A stretch of 64,000 nt of DNA from the NCBI GenBank assembly GCA_963740355.1, contig CAVUDW010000002.1, forward strand, positions 640,001-704,000, in the 5' to 3' direction. Below the pieces are notes generated by a model that had not been told where the DNA came from, ran no database searches, and saw nothing but the letters and a program-made list of their open reading frames with translations. Within the stretch, counting starts at the first letter, position 1; each line of letters opens with the position of its first letter. Shown here one piece after another: positions 42,523 through 53,210 of this stretch. Made by a program: the position numbers and the translations under genes. The DNA is from an uncultured Gemmatimonadaceae bacterium (GTDB lineage Bacteria; Gemmatimonadota; Gemmatimonadetes; Gemmatimonadales; Gemmatimonadaceae).

Positions 42523-43545
42523 ATGACCAACGAACTGAAGGACATCACGATCATCGGCGCCGGCCCTACCGGCCTCTACGCTCTTTTTTACGCGGGCATG
42601 CGCGGCGTCTCGGCGCAGGTGATCGACGCCCTGCCGCAGGTGGGCGGACAGCTTGCAGCGCTGTACCCTGAAAAGCTGATCTTCGACGTGGCCGGCTTCC
42701 CGCGGGTGCTGGCCAAGGATCTGGTGACGGGGCTGAATGACCAAGCCGCCCAGTTTGGGAACCCGATGCACCTCAACCGGACGGTCACCGGGCTGGACGA
42801 GGTCGACGGACATTTCGTCGTGCGTACCAGCGATGGCGACTTCCCCACCAAGTCGGTCGTGATCGCCGGCGGCATCGGCGCCTTCTCGCCGCGCAAGCTG
42901 CCGCAGACGGCCACCCATGCCTGGTACGGACGCGGCATCGACGACGTGGTGCTGGATCCGGCACGCTACACCAACAAGCGCGTGCTGATCGTGGGCGGCG
43001 GAGACAGCGCGTTCGATTGGGCGCAGCAGCTCCGCCCGCGCGCGGCGCATGTCACGCTCATCCACCGCAGCGATCGCTTCCGCGCCCATCAGGCGACGGT
43101 GGATGACGTGCTCGATGCGGCGGCCCGCGGCGACAAGACCGACGTCCTCACGTTCCATGAGTTGCATGAGATCGTGTCTCCGGATGGCGAAAAGATGACG
43201 GGCGCCATCGTGCGTGCCACGAAGGAGAAGACGACGCGTCCCATCGAGGTCGATGTCATCCTGCCGATGCTCGGCTTCGTGAGCGACATGGGTGCGCTGG
43301 CCGAGTGGGGGCTGAATCTCGAGAAGGACGAGATCACCGTCACGCCGACGATGGAGAGTGGTCGCGCGGGCATTTACGCCGCGGGCGACATCACGACCTA
43401 TCCTGGCAAGCTGAAGCTGATCTCGGTCGGCTTCGGCGAAGCGGCAACCGCCGTCAATCAGGCGGTGCACTGGATCTACCCGGAGAAGAAGGTGAACCCC
43501 GGGCACTCGTCGAACCTCGCGATCTTCGGGCAGCCGGCGGAGTAG
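42523..43545 (+). CDS. TrxB-fold ferredoxin-NADP+ reductase (YumC-like)
   Basis: IIGAGPTG, GGQLAALYPEKLIFDVAGFP, GGGDSAFDW, YPGKLKLI, C-terminal HSS; no CxxC. Confidence 0.9.
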   Translation: MTNELKDITIIGAGPTGLYALFYAGMRGVSAQVIDALPQVGGQLAALYPEKLIFDVAGFPRVLAKDLVTGLNDQAAQFGNPMHLNRTVTGLDEVDGHFVVRTSDGDFPTKSVVIAGGIGAFSPRKLPQTATHAWYGRGIDDVVLDPARYTNKRVLIVGGGDSAFDWAQQLRPRAAHVTLIHRSDRFRAHQATVDDVLDAAARGDKTDVLTFHELHEIVSPDGEKMTGAIVRATKEKTTRPIEVDVILPMLGFVSDMGALAEWGLNLEKDEITVTPTMESGRAGIYAAGDITTYPGKLKLISVGFGEAATAVNQAVHWIYPEKKVNPGHSSNLAIFGQPAE

Positions 43546-43567
43546 TCGCGGCGATTCTGCTTGCCGA

Positions 43568-44479
43568 TCAGCTGACGCGCGGGTCACTCCGCTTGTACGC
43601 GAGGTCGGTGAGCAGATTCACCAGCACGAACACCACGCTCAGAAAAAGCACCGTGCCCTGAATCGCGGGCAGGTCGCGCCGGGAAATGGCGTTCACGACA
43701 TACCGCCCGAGCCCAGGCCAGCCGAACACGGTCTCCGTCAGAATGCTGCCGGTGAGGTAACTGCCGACGTCCAGGCCGAGCACCGTCACGACAGGGATCA
43801 AGGCGGTACGAAGCCCGTGGCGTAACACAACGGCACCGTTGGACAGTCCCTTCGCGCGTGCCGTTCGCACATGATCGCTGCTCATCGCATCGAGCATGCT
43901 GGTGCGTGTGACGCGGGCCAGATAGGCGATGCTCCGCGATCCGAGCGTGAGTGCCGGCAGGATCAGCACCAGGCCACCGCCGTATCCGCTGGGCGGAAGC
44001 CACTTGAGGGTCAGCGAAAACAGCAGGATCAACAGCAGACCCACCCAGAACACGGGAAAGCTGATGCCGAGATAGGTGGCACCCATCAGGATCTTGTCGA
44101 ACGCGCCCGCGGGCTTGAGCGCCGCGATCACGCCGATGCCGATGCCGAGCAGGATCGCAATCGTCATGGCGGCCAACGCGAGTTGCGCCGTCTTGGGGAA
44201 GCGCTCGCGGATGTCCTGCATGATCGGCCGGCCGGTGATGTAGCTGCGACCGAGATCACCGCGGAGCACACCGCCGGCGTAGCTCACGAACTGCACTGGC
44301 AGCGGTTCGTCGAGCTTGAGCTCGGCCCGCAGTCGCGCGATCGTCACGCTGTCGGCGCGTTCACCCACCATCTGCTGCACCGGGTCACCGGGCGCGACGT
44401 ACAACAACAGGAACACTGCGATCAACACGCCAGCGAGCGTCGGGATCGCGAGCAGCAACCGACGCGCAAGGAAGGTCAC
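43568..44479 (-). CDS. Peptide/nickel ABC permease (DppB/OppB)
   Basis: PGDP, GDLGRSY, RTARAKGL, ETVFGWPGLG. Confidence 0.93.
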   Translation of the reverse strand: MTFLARRLLLAIPTLAGVLIAVFLLLYVAPGDPVQQMVGERADSVTIARLRAELKLDEPLPVQFVSYAGGVLRGDLGRSYITGRPIMQDIRERFPKTAQLALAAMTIAILLGIGIGVIAALKPAGAFDKILMGATYLGISFPVFWVGLLLILLFSLTLKWLPPSGYGGGLVLILPALTLGSRSIAYLARVTRTSMLDAMSSDHVRTARAKGLSNGAVVLRHGLRTALIPVVTVLGLDVGSYLTGSILTETVFGWPGLGRYVVNAISRRDLPAIQGTVLFLSVVFVLVNLLTDLAYKRSDPRVS

Positions 44480-46050
44480 GGTGTGCCGCGATCGATACGG
44501 GCGCCAATCATGCGCTGACCATTGAAGATCGTTGGAGCCGTCCAGTTCTTGAGCCACGGCTGCACGGCGTACAGTTCGTTGTAGAACCAGAGGAACACCA
44601 TCGGCGCCTGCGCGAACGCGATGCTGTCGCCGCGCGCGTACATCGCGGTCCGCTTGGCCGTGTCGGTCTCCCGACGTGACGCGCTCACCACCGCGTCGAA
44701 GTCCTTGTCCTTGAAGAAGCTCACGTTGCCGCCCACGCCGGCGTTCGCCGAGTGGAGCAGCGGGTAGAGAAAGTTCTCGGCGTCGGGATAGTCGGCGTAC
44801 CAGTCCTTGAGCACGAGGTCCGCCTCGCCCTTGCGGGCCGCCTCACGCATGCTGGCGCTCTCTCGCTGCACCAATTCGGCGGTGATGCCGGCGTCCTTCA
44901 GGTAGCCCTGGATGGCCTGTGCGACCCGCGATTGTGTGGCGTCCTGCGAACACCAGAGCTTGACCGTGATGCCGTTGGGGAATCCAGCGTCGGCGAGCAG
45001 TTGTTTCGCCTTGGCGACGTCGTGTGCGTAGGGCGCACGCGTGGTGTCGGAGCCGTCGAGCGCGGGCGGGATGATGCCAGCGGCCAGTCGACCGCGGCCG
45101 CCGAGCAGCTGTGTGAGGATCGCCTTGCTGTCGATGGCGTGGTTGATCGCGCGGCGGACGCGCACGTCCGCCAGCGGGCCACGCGATGTGTTGATCGCGA
45201 CATACCAGAGCCGCAGGACCGGCGCCGCCTGCAGCAGCGCCTTCTTCTCCTCGGTCTGCTCCCATTGCCGTGTCTCGGCTTCCGGGATGTAGAGAATGTC
45301 CACGTTCCCCGACTCGAACTCCGCCACGGCGGTACTTGGCTCGGGAATGATGCGGGCGATCAGCGTGTCCTGTAGTGGCTTGGTGCCCCAGTACGCCTCG
45401 TTGCGAACGAACCGCACGAAGTCGTCATGCTTCCACTGCGAGAGCTTCCACGGCCCGGTGCCGACCGGCTTCTCGCCGAAGTCGGCGGCGACGGTGGTGG
45501 GAACGATCGATGCGACGGGCATCGCGAGCAGCTTGGGAAAGATCGCGAACGGCTCAGCGAGGGTGATTTCGATCGTGCTGTCATTCTCGATGCGCAGGCC
45601 CTTGATGCTGCTGGCCTTTCCGGCCGCGAAATCCTGTGCACCGGCGATCGGGAAGAGTGGCCAGCCACGGCCGCCGCGCGTCTTCGGATCGAGCACGCGT
45701 GTGAAGCTGGCCACGACATGCTTGGCGGTGAACACGCTGCCGTCATGGAACTTCACGTTCTGTCGCAGGGTGAACCGCCAGATGCGGCCATCGGGGGAGA
45801 CTGTCCAGGACGACGCGAGCGCCGGCTCCACCTGGGCATCGGGGGAAAATCGCGTCAGTCCTTCAAAGACATATCCGACCGCACGGCCGGTGGGCACATC
45901 GGTGGAGAGTGCTGGGTCGAAGGAGCGCGGGTCGTACGTGTCACGCCCGTCGACGATGGCCGCGCGCTTTGGCGTGGTGTCGCCGCCGGCGCAGGCTGCG
46001 CAGAGGGTCAGCGCAGCAAGGGCGAGCGAGAGGGCGCGGAAGCGTGGCAT
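44476..46050 (-). CDS. Peptide ABC substrate-binding lipoprotein (family 5)
   Basis: Lipobox, FTLRQNVKFHDG, PVGTGPW, VRRAINHAID. Confidence 0.93.
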   Translation of the reverse strand: MPRFRALSLALAALTLCAACAGGDTTPKRAAIVDGRDTYDPRSFDPALSTDVPTGRAVGYVFEGLTRFSPDAQVEPALASSWTVSPDGRIWRFTLRQNVKFHDGSVFTAKHVVASFTRVLDPKTRGGRGWPLFPIAGAQDFAAGKASSIKGLRIENDSTIEITLAEPFAIFPKLLAMPVASIVPTTVAADFGEKPVGTGPWKLSQWKHDDFVRFVRNEAYWGTKPLQDTLIARIIPEPSTAVAEFESGNVDILYIPEAETRQWEQTEEKKALLQAAPVLRLWYVAINTSRGPLADVRVRRAINHAIDSKAILTQLLGGRGRLAAGIIPPALDGSDTTRAPYAHDVAKAKQLLADAGFPNGITVKLWCSQDATQSRVAQAIQGYLKDAGITAELVQRESASMREAARKGEADLVLKDWYADYPDAENFLYPLLHSANAGVGGNVSFFKDKDFDAVVSASRRETDTAKRTAMYARGDSIAFAQAPMVFLWFYNELYAVQPWLKNWTAPTIFNGQRMIGARIDRGTP

Positions 46051-46291
46051 CGCGTCGTGGCTGAAGGGGATCGACGGGGGTCGGCCAGAGGGTCGGTGGA
46101 ACGAGCTAACCTATTGTCAGGAAAGCGCGTACGTCGTTGACACTGAGGCGCGTGAGCGTGAACTTAGAGGCGGTTCACACGGGGTGCCAACCGTTTTCGT
46201 CGCGCGCAGCCGCGCGGCACCGTCATTCGTTCCCTCGGTCTGCACACTGCCGCGTCGCTTCGCCATCGTTTTCCACCGGGATTGGAGTAAG

Positions 46292-48644
46292 GTGCGCCCG
46301 CTTTTGCGGAGCCTGCGCCTCGTCGCGGTGTGTCTGGGGATGGGTGCGGTCGTTTCGACGCCTGCGGTACTGTACGCGCAGCGCGACGCCTGTGATCCCG
46401 CCGAGCTGGAAGTGCGGTCGCTGGCCTTCTCGGGGAACAGGGCCTTTTCCAACAGCCAGCTGACAGCTGTGATCGCGCTGACGCCGTCCGACGTGTCGCG
46501 ACGACTGCCGGTGATCGGCTGGGGTTTGCGCGGCGTGCGACGCTGCAGCAACCCGGAAGTGGTGGCGATCGATCGGGCGCGGTTGGTGATCTACTATCGC
46601 CGGCGCGGGTATCCCGATGTGCAGGTCGACACGGTGGTGCAGCGCACGCCGAGAGCGATGGATGTGCGTTACGTGGTCCGCGAAGGTCGTGCGACTACCA
46701 TCGACACGCTGCGCGTCATCGGCACGGAACGGGTCGACGAGCGCGATCGGCTTGGCCGCGGCCTGCCGATCGGGCGTGGACAGCCATTCGACCAGTACCT
46801 GCTGGAGCAGACGCGCGACACCCTGCGCCAGCGACTCGCCGACGTGGGTTTTCCGTTCGCGCAGGTGCTGCTCGCGACCGACGTGATGCGCGGCACGGGC
46901 GCCGACAGCACGCGACGCACCGCTGTGGTGGAGTTCAGCGTGCGGACGGGCCCGATGATCACGATTCGCAGCGTGATCGTGCAGGCCGTCGCCCGCGAAG
47001 GCAAGCCGCAGGAAATTCCGTCCGAGGTGGTGCGCGGATTGGTGGGCCTGAAGCCTGGGCAGCGTTACCAGCAGAGCGACGTGGAGCGCGCCACGCGTGC
47101 CCTGTACCTGACCGATGCATATCAGCAGGTGCGCATCGAGCCACGGTTGCTGGTCGACTCGCTCTCGACGGCGGCCGACAGCGCGAGTGTCGATGTGGTG
47201 GTGAACGTGGCCGAACGATTCATGCACAGCCGCACGCTCAGCGCTGGCTTTGGCTCACTCGACTGTTTCCGCACCCAGCTGCAGTACACCGATCGCAACC
47301 TCCTCAGCCGCGCCCGTCGCCTTGAACTGACAGGACGCGTGAGCAAGATCGGCGTCGGCAGCCCCATGAATTACTCGTGGGCTGATCGCATTTGTGGCGC
47401 AGTGTCGGACGGCAGGGATCCATACAGTGATGAACTGAACTACTACGTCGGGGCCACGCTGCGTCCGCCGGTTGGACCGGGCGGCCGGCGCATCCCGGAG
47501 CTCACGCTCTATCGGGAAGTTCGCGGCGAATATCAGGCGTATCGCCGGACGACGCTGGTCGGCGCGATCGCGAGCGTGACGCTGCAAGCGGCGCCGCGAG
47601 TTCCGGTGACGCTGGCGTATGATCTCAGCTTCGGCAAGACGGAAGCGCAGCCAGCGCTCTTTTGCTCGGTGCTGAATCGCTGCGCCCCGGAGGACCGTCG
47701 CGTCTTCGAGACCACCCGTCGGCTGGCCGTGCTGGGTGCAAACTTCAGTCGCGATCGGACCGATGACGCAATCAACCCGCGGCACGGCAGCTTCACGCGG
47801 CTGGCGATTCGCCATGCATCGTCGCTGACCCTGTCCGACTCCGCCTTCAAGTTCAGCAGTGCCGTGCTCGACGCGAGCAAGTTCTGGGGACTGGGCTTTG
47901 GCACGACGCTGGCCGTGCGCGTGCAGCTGGGTGCTGTCTTCGGGAGCAACGATCGACTGGTGCCACCGCAGGAACGGCTGTACGCTGGCGGCCCGACCAC
48001 CGTGCGAGGTTTTCGCCAGAACGAACTCGGTCCGGTGGCGTACGTCGTCAGCCCCGACAGCACGGTGGCGTCGCAGCAGCTGATCCGCCGTGCCGATCAC
48101 CGACTCCACCTTCTCGTACGAAGTGAACCCGCTGGTGCAGCCATTCCGCGTGGTGCCGGTGGGTGGCAATACCGTGGCGGTGGGCAATGTGGAGCTCCGA
48201 ATCCGCAGCCCGTTTCTGCCGACGTTGTTGCAGTGGAACCTGTTCGCGGACTTCGGCCAGGTGTGGAGCCGCGGTGGACGTGATGCGAGCCTGCGCAACA
48301 GTGCGTTGCGCACGACGCCCGGCGTTGGCGCACGCATCTTTTCCCCGATCGGCGTGATCCGCCTCGACTTCGGCTACAACAACTACGCGCCCCGCACCGG
48401 CGCTGCCTACTTCAACGAGTTGGCGCGCGCGAACGGCACCCAGGCCCTGCTCTGTGTCAGCCCAGGCAATGGCATCGTTGCGCGCGAGATCACGGAAGTC
48501 GTGACGCAGAACAACCAGCAGAAGACGATCACGCGGATCGTGCAGGATCCGTACGACAGCTGCAAGGGCTCCTACTCGCCGCAGCGCAATCGCGGCGCAC
48601 TTGGCCCGTTCACCTTCTTCTTCGCGATCGGGCAGGCGTTCTGA
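46292..48644 (+). CDS. Omp85/TamA-family outer-membrane protein (POTRA + barrel), +1 frameshift at about 48088
   Basis: POTRA-like FSGN and YRRRGY, YAGGPTTVRGF. Continues in the 48090 frame with GGN...ELR, SPIGVIRLDFG and C-terminal IGQAF. Confidence 0.88.
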
Positions 48645-48648
48645 CCCG

Positions 48649-51600
48649 ATGATCCGCCGCCGCCGACTGGTCCTCGTTGCAGGCCTCATCACGGTGGTGC
48701 TGATGGCACTGGCCGCGGTGGGGTCGGTGCTGGTCGTGACCGGCACCGATTTTGGTCGCGACTGGGTGCGCAAGCTCGTCGTGCAGCAGGTGGCGCCGGC
48801 GGTGAAGGGTCGCCTCTTTCTCGGGCGCATCACCGGGCCGATCCTCACCGGCGTCACGGTCGACTCGATCGAGATCGCCGACAGTGCGGGCGTGGTGATG
48901 GTCTCGGCGGGAAAGACGACCATGCGCTGGGATCCACGTGACTTTCTCGATCGGCGGATCCTGATCCAGCGACTCGTCACCGACAACGTCCTGATCCAGA
49001 TCATCAAGTACAAGGACGGCGACTGGAACTACAAGCACATCTTCCCGCAGGGACCGAAGGGAAAGCCGCGCACGAAGGGCAGCTTCGGCGACTTCATCGT
49101 GTTCGACTCGGTGTCGATGACACGGGGGCGCTTCTTCCTCACGATGCCCTGGGCGCCGGCGGATTCGTTGAAGGGTGCGCGTCGCGATAGCGCGATTGCG
49201 TTCAACATCGCTCGTACGAATGCGCAGATCCGGCGTATCCCACGCGGGCTGGTGCGAACATGGCGCTGGGAGCAGGCGACCCTCGACCTGTCGCATGTGC
49301 GGATGGCCAATCCCGACACGGTCGGCCGGCTCTTTCGCGTCACGAACATGGATGTGTCGGAGTTCGACCCGCCGTTCCGGTTCGAGAAGCTGCGCGGCGA
49401 TTTCCGGTGGCTGGGTGACTCGATCTGGATGCAGATCCCGCACTTCCAGATGCCCGGCTCTGCAGGGCACGCCGCTGGAAAGATCGTCTGGGGCAGTGAC
49501 TTGCCGGTGCGCTACGACATCGCGATTCGTGGCGAGAAGGTGGCGATGAACGATATCGCGTGGCTGACGGAGACCTTCCCGACGCAGGGCGGTGGCACGA
49601 TGGACCTGCTGATCCGGAATGATCCGTCGAACCTGAACGTGCTCAAGTACGCGATCACGAACATGGATGCGCGCAGCCTCGATTCGCGGTTGCGCGGGAA
49701 GATGACGTGGGGTGTGGGCGGGCCGGTGGTGACGCTCACCGATGTCGACATGCGCGCCGACCCGCTGGACTTTGCGCTCTTGCGCCAGTTCAACGGCATT
49801 CCGTTCCCGTATCCGTGGCGCGGTCAGTTCACCGGCACGGTGAAGGCGAAAGGTGGGCCGCTGCATCGCTTCGACGTCGACGAACTGAACTTCGCCTTCC
49901 GCGACGCCAACGTGCCGGGCGCGTCCAGTGTCGGCCGCGGTCGCGGACAAGTGGACATTCTTTATCCGGCCTTCACGCGCTTCCGCGGCTTCAGTGTCGA
50001 CGTGGAACGTGGTGACCTGCGCACGCCGCGTTTCCTCAACAAGGAGTTTGCGCGGCTCAACGGATACGTCCGTGGCTCAGCGGTGCTGGACTCGCTCTGG
50101 TATGACGTGCGAGTCCGAAACCTGGACGTCTTTCACGACGACGGCACGGGCGCACCGATGTCGCACGTGACTGGCGGCGGGCGGATCAAGCTCGAGCCGA
50201 AGTACGTCTTGTACGACATGCAACTCAACGCCGAGCCGCTGTCATTCACGATGCTGGGCAACTCGTACGCCTTGATGCCGCTGCGTGGCACCATGACCGG
50301 CCCGATCACGGTCAAGGGCACCATCGCGGCGCTCGAGGTGACGGGGCAGCTGAACGGCGACGCTGGCAGCCTGTCGGGCAGCGGTGTGGTCGACATCGAG
50401 CCTGCGGGATACGCACTGAAGGGGCAGGGGATGTTCGACCGGCTCGATCTGCGCACCTTGCTCGATCGCACCACCGCACCGGTGACTCAGCTCAATGGCC
50501 GCGCCGAGATGGACGTCCGGGGTGATTCGCTGGCGAATCTGTTCGGCACCATGGGCCTGTCGTTCGACCGCTCCCGCATCGACAAGCTGCGCCTCGATGA
50601 AGGGACCGCGCGGTTCAGTTTTCGCGATGGGATCGCGACGGTGGACTCGCTGAGCGTCCTGTCGCCTTCGCTGTCGATCGGCGCACGCGGCGGCATCGGG
50701 CTTCGCAGCGATCGCAGTGACTCCCTGCTGTTCCGCCTGACCGTGGATTCGCTGGGTGGCCTGCGCTCATGGTTGAGCACGGCCTCGGCCGACGCGCCGG
50801 ACTCACTCGGCGGCGGGATGACACTGCGCGGACGGCTGACCGGACACCTCGATTCGCTCGGCGTGAACGCGACGCTCTCCGGGCGCGATGTGCTGCGCGG
50901 TACGGTGTCGTCGGTGGTGGCGGACATGACTGCCACCGGGAGCTTTGTGCGCGGTGTGCCAAGTGGAACCGTGCAGTTCGAGGCTGACAGCGTACAAGCG
51001 GGCCCGGTGCGACTGAATGCAGTGACGGCGAAAGGCGTGTTCACGTCGGCACGTGATGGCACCATCTCGCTCGACGCACGCGCGGACAGCGGCGTGCGAC
51101 TGGGCCTGGAGGCACGGCTCCGCGGAGCGGGAGACACGCTCGTCGCTTCGCTCGCCTCGATGTTCGCGTCAGGCCCTCGCACGAAGTGGTCGCTGCTTCA
51201 CCCGAGCACCATCACACAATCGCGCGGCATCACCAGCATCGATTCACTGGTGCTCGGCGACACCGGACTCGCGCGGGTGCGAATCCGGGCTCGGGTGCCA
51301 GCGAACGACAGCGTCTCGGTGATGGTGGACGCGGCACTGATCCCGCTCCGTGATGTCGGCTGGATCACTCGTCGTGAACGACCGATGACCGGCCTCCTCG
51401 ATGCGCAATTGCAGGTGCGCGGGACGAAGGCGGCACCCACCGCCACGCTGAATGCCCGCGCCAACGGCGTCACGGTCGGCAGCACGCCGATCGGAGATGC
51501 GCGACTCGAAGGGACGTACGCCGACAACAGCTTCCGTGCTGCTGTTTCTCTGAGCGAGCGCAATCGCGCCACGTCACTGCTTTCCGCACAGCTCGCGCTA

Positions 51601-53178
51601 CCGGTCACGGCGACGCTGCAGACCTTCCCGACGTTGCAACGCAATGAACCGTTGTCCGGATCGTTGACGCTCAGCAACACACCGCTGGCGCTGTTCGAGG
51701 CCGCCACGTCCGCAATCTCCGATGCGAGTGGCACGCTGAGTGGCGAGCTGCAGTTGAAGGGCACGGTCGGTGAACCGCGAATGGACGGTACTGTCACAAT
51801 GGCGAATGGTGCGAGTTACATCGCGCCGCTCGGGGTGCGTCTCGTCGGCATGGACGGCGAACTTCGATTCAGCGGCGACAATCTCTCGTTGCCGCGCCTG
51901 ACCGTGAGCGGAGCCGGCTCGCGCGGCGGCAACGCCACGCTGAGTGGGCGCATCGGTTTCGCCTCGCTCGAAGATCCGTCATTCGACATCGCCATCCAGG
52001 CCAGCAACCTGCGCATCCTGGACCGACCGCGCATTGCCACGTTGCAGGTGTCGACTGACGCTGGTGGGCTGAAGATCCGCGGTACGCAGCGTGGCTCGGT
52101 GTTGACCGGCAGTGTCACCATTCCGAGCGGCGACATCACGATTCCGGAGTTGGGCGTCGCGAAGAACCTCGTCTCGATCGACGACCCCGAGTTCTTCACG
52201 CTGATCGATACCACCACCACTGAAGGACGTTCGCTGCTCGATGCGGCACCATCACCACTCCTGAAGAATCTCGAAGTGCGCGACGTGCGCCTCTTCATGG
52301 GCAACAACGTCTGGCTGCGCTCGGCCGAGGCGAACATCAAGCTGGCTGGCGATGTCGGTGTCACGCTCGGGCGGTCGCGACAGGACTCGTCGCGAGTGCA
52401 ACTGGCGCTGGACGGTACGCTGCTGGCCGAGCGTGGGACCTACCGGCTGAACCTCGGCTTCGGTGCCGTGCAGCGGACGTTCGAGGTGGAGCGGGGAACG
52501 CTGAAGTTCTATGGCGAGCCGGAGTTGAACCCGGCCCTCGACATCCAGGCCGTCAACATCGTGCGCCAGTATACGCGTCAGGATCGGGATATCCCCGTGC
52601 GGATCACAATTGGTGGCACGCTGGTGCTGCCGACACTCAAGCTTGGCAGCGCTGACCCGAGCCTTGCGTTGTCGGAGTCGGATGCGATCAGCTACCTGTT
52701 CACCGGACGTCCGAGCTTCGCTGTGACCACCGCCTCCGACCGCTATTCCTCGCAGACCGCGAGCATCCTGCTGCCGACGCTCGGCAGTGCTTTGGGTGAT
52801 CGAGTGGCTCGTGCCCTCGGCTTCGATCAATTCCAGATCGAATCGGCGGGCGGCGTGAGCGGACAGCAGTTCGGCTATCAGTCAGCCCTCGCCAGCACGC
52901 GACTGGGTGGTGGTGTACAGATCGGAAGCAAGACCTTCGTGCGTGCAACCGTCGGGCTCTGCCAGCTGTTCGGAAACAGCCAGGTCGCCACCAACCAGCC
53001 TCTCGTGAACTCCATCGGCGCCAAGCTCGAGTATCGATTCAGCCAGTGGATCTCGGCATCCGTCGGCCTCGAGCCACCAACGAACGTTCTGCAGTGCAAC
53101 AACAACGTGAATGCGCGCAATTTCGTCCCGACGCCGCAGCAGTTCGGTCTCGACATCACGCGCAAGTGGGAATACTGA
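48649..53178 (+). CDS. TamB/AsmA-like translocation-assembly protein
   Basis: About 1500 aa beta-rich, N-terminal TM, C-terminal NPALDIQA...ITIGGTL..P..L...LSESDAISYLFTG; follows the tamA-like gene. Confidence 0.88.
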   Translation: MIRRRRLVLVAGLITVVLMALAAVGSVLVVTGTDFGRDWVRKLVVQQVAPAVKGRLFLGRITGPILTGVTVDSIEIADSAGVVMVSAGKTTMRWDPRDFLDRRILIQRLVTDNVLIQIIKYKDGDWNYKHIFPQGPKGKPRTKGSFGDFIVFDSVSMTRGRFFLTMPWAPADSLKGARRDSAIAFNIARTNAQIRRIPRGLVRTWRWEQATLDLSHVRMANPDTVGRLFRVTNMDVSEFDPPFRFEKLRGDFRWLGDSIWMQIPHFQMPGSAGHAAGKIVWGSDLPVRYDIAIRGEKVAMNDIAWLTETFPTQGGGTMDLLIRNDPSNLNVLKYAITNMDARSLDSRLRGKMTWGVGGPVVTLTDVDMRADPLDFALLRQFNGIPFPYPWRGQFTGTVKAKGGPLHRFDVDELNFAFRDANVPGASSVGRGRGQVDILYPAFTRFRGFSVDVERGDLRTPRFLNKEFARLNGYVRGSAVLDSLWYDVRVRNLDVFHDDGTGAPMSHVTGGGRIKLEPKYVLYDMQLNAEPLSFTMLGNSYALMPLRGTMTGPITVKGTIAALEVTGQLNGDAGSLSGSGVVDIEPAGYALKGQGMFDRLDLRTLLDRTTAPVTQLNGRAEMDVRGDSLANLFGTMGLSFDRSRIDKLRLDEGTARFSFRDGIATVDSLSVLSPSLSIGARGGIGLRSDRSDSLLFRLTVDSLGGLRSWLSTASADAPDSLGGGMTLRGRLTGHLDSLGVNATLSGRDVLRGTVSSVVADMTATGSFVRGVPSGTVQFEADSVQAGPVRLNAVTAKGVFTSARDGTISLDARADSGVRLGLEARLRGAGDTLVASLASMFASGPRTKWSLLHPSTITQSRGITSIDSLVLGDTGLARVRIRARVPANDSVSVMVDAALIPLRDVGWITRRERPMTGLLDAQLQVRGTKAAPTATLNARANGVTVGSTPIGDARLEGTYADNSFRAAVSLSERNRATSLLSAQLALPVTATLQTFPTLQRNEPLSGSLTLSNTPLALFEAATSAISDASGTLSGELQLKGTVGEPRMDGTVTMANGASYIAPLGVRLVGMDGELRFSGDNLSLPRLTVSGAGSRGGNATLSGRIGFASLEDPSFDIAIQASNLRILDRPRIATLQVSTDAGGLKIRGTQRGSVLTGSVTIPSGDITIPELGVAKNLVSIDDPEFFTLIDTTTTEGRSLLDAAPSPLLKNLEVRDVRLFMGNNVWLRSAEANIKLAGDVGVTLGRSRQDSSRVQLALDGTLLAERGTYRLNLGFGAVQRTFEVERGTLKFYGEPELNPALDIQAVNIVRQYTRQDRDIPVRITIGGTLVLPTLKLGSADPSLALSESDAISYLFTGRPSFAVTTASDRYSSQTASILLPTLGSALGDRVARALGFDQFQIESAGGVSGQQFGYQSALASTRLGGGVQIGSKTFVRATVGLCQLFGNSQVATNQPLVNSIGAKLEYRFSQWISASVGLEPPTNVLQCNNNVNARNFVPTPQQFGLDITRKWEY

Positions 53179-53210
53179 CGTGGTGTGGCTGATGGGAGCG
53201 TGCTGAGCGC

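Noticed and set aside
46137..46165. Second CIRCE before the tamA-like gene
   Set aside because: Wrong spacer length and a poor right arm; more simply a TTGACA -35.
45296..46291. N-terminal extension of the Omp85 ORF
   Set aside because: It overlaps the ABC binding-protein gene in antisense; GTG 46292 has an RBS and a signal-like sequence.
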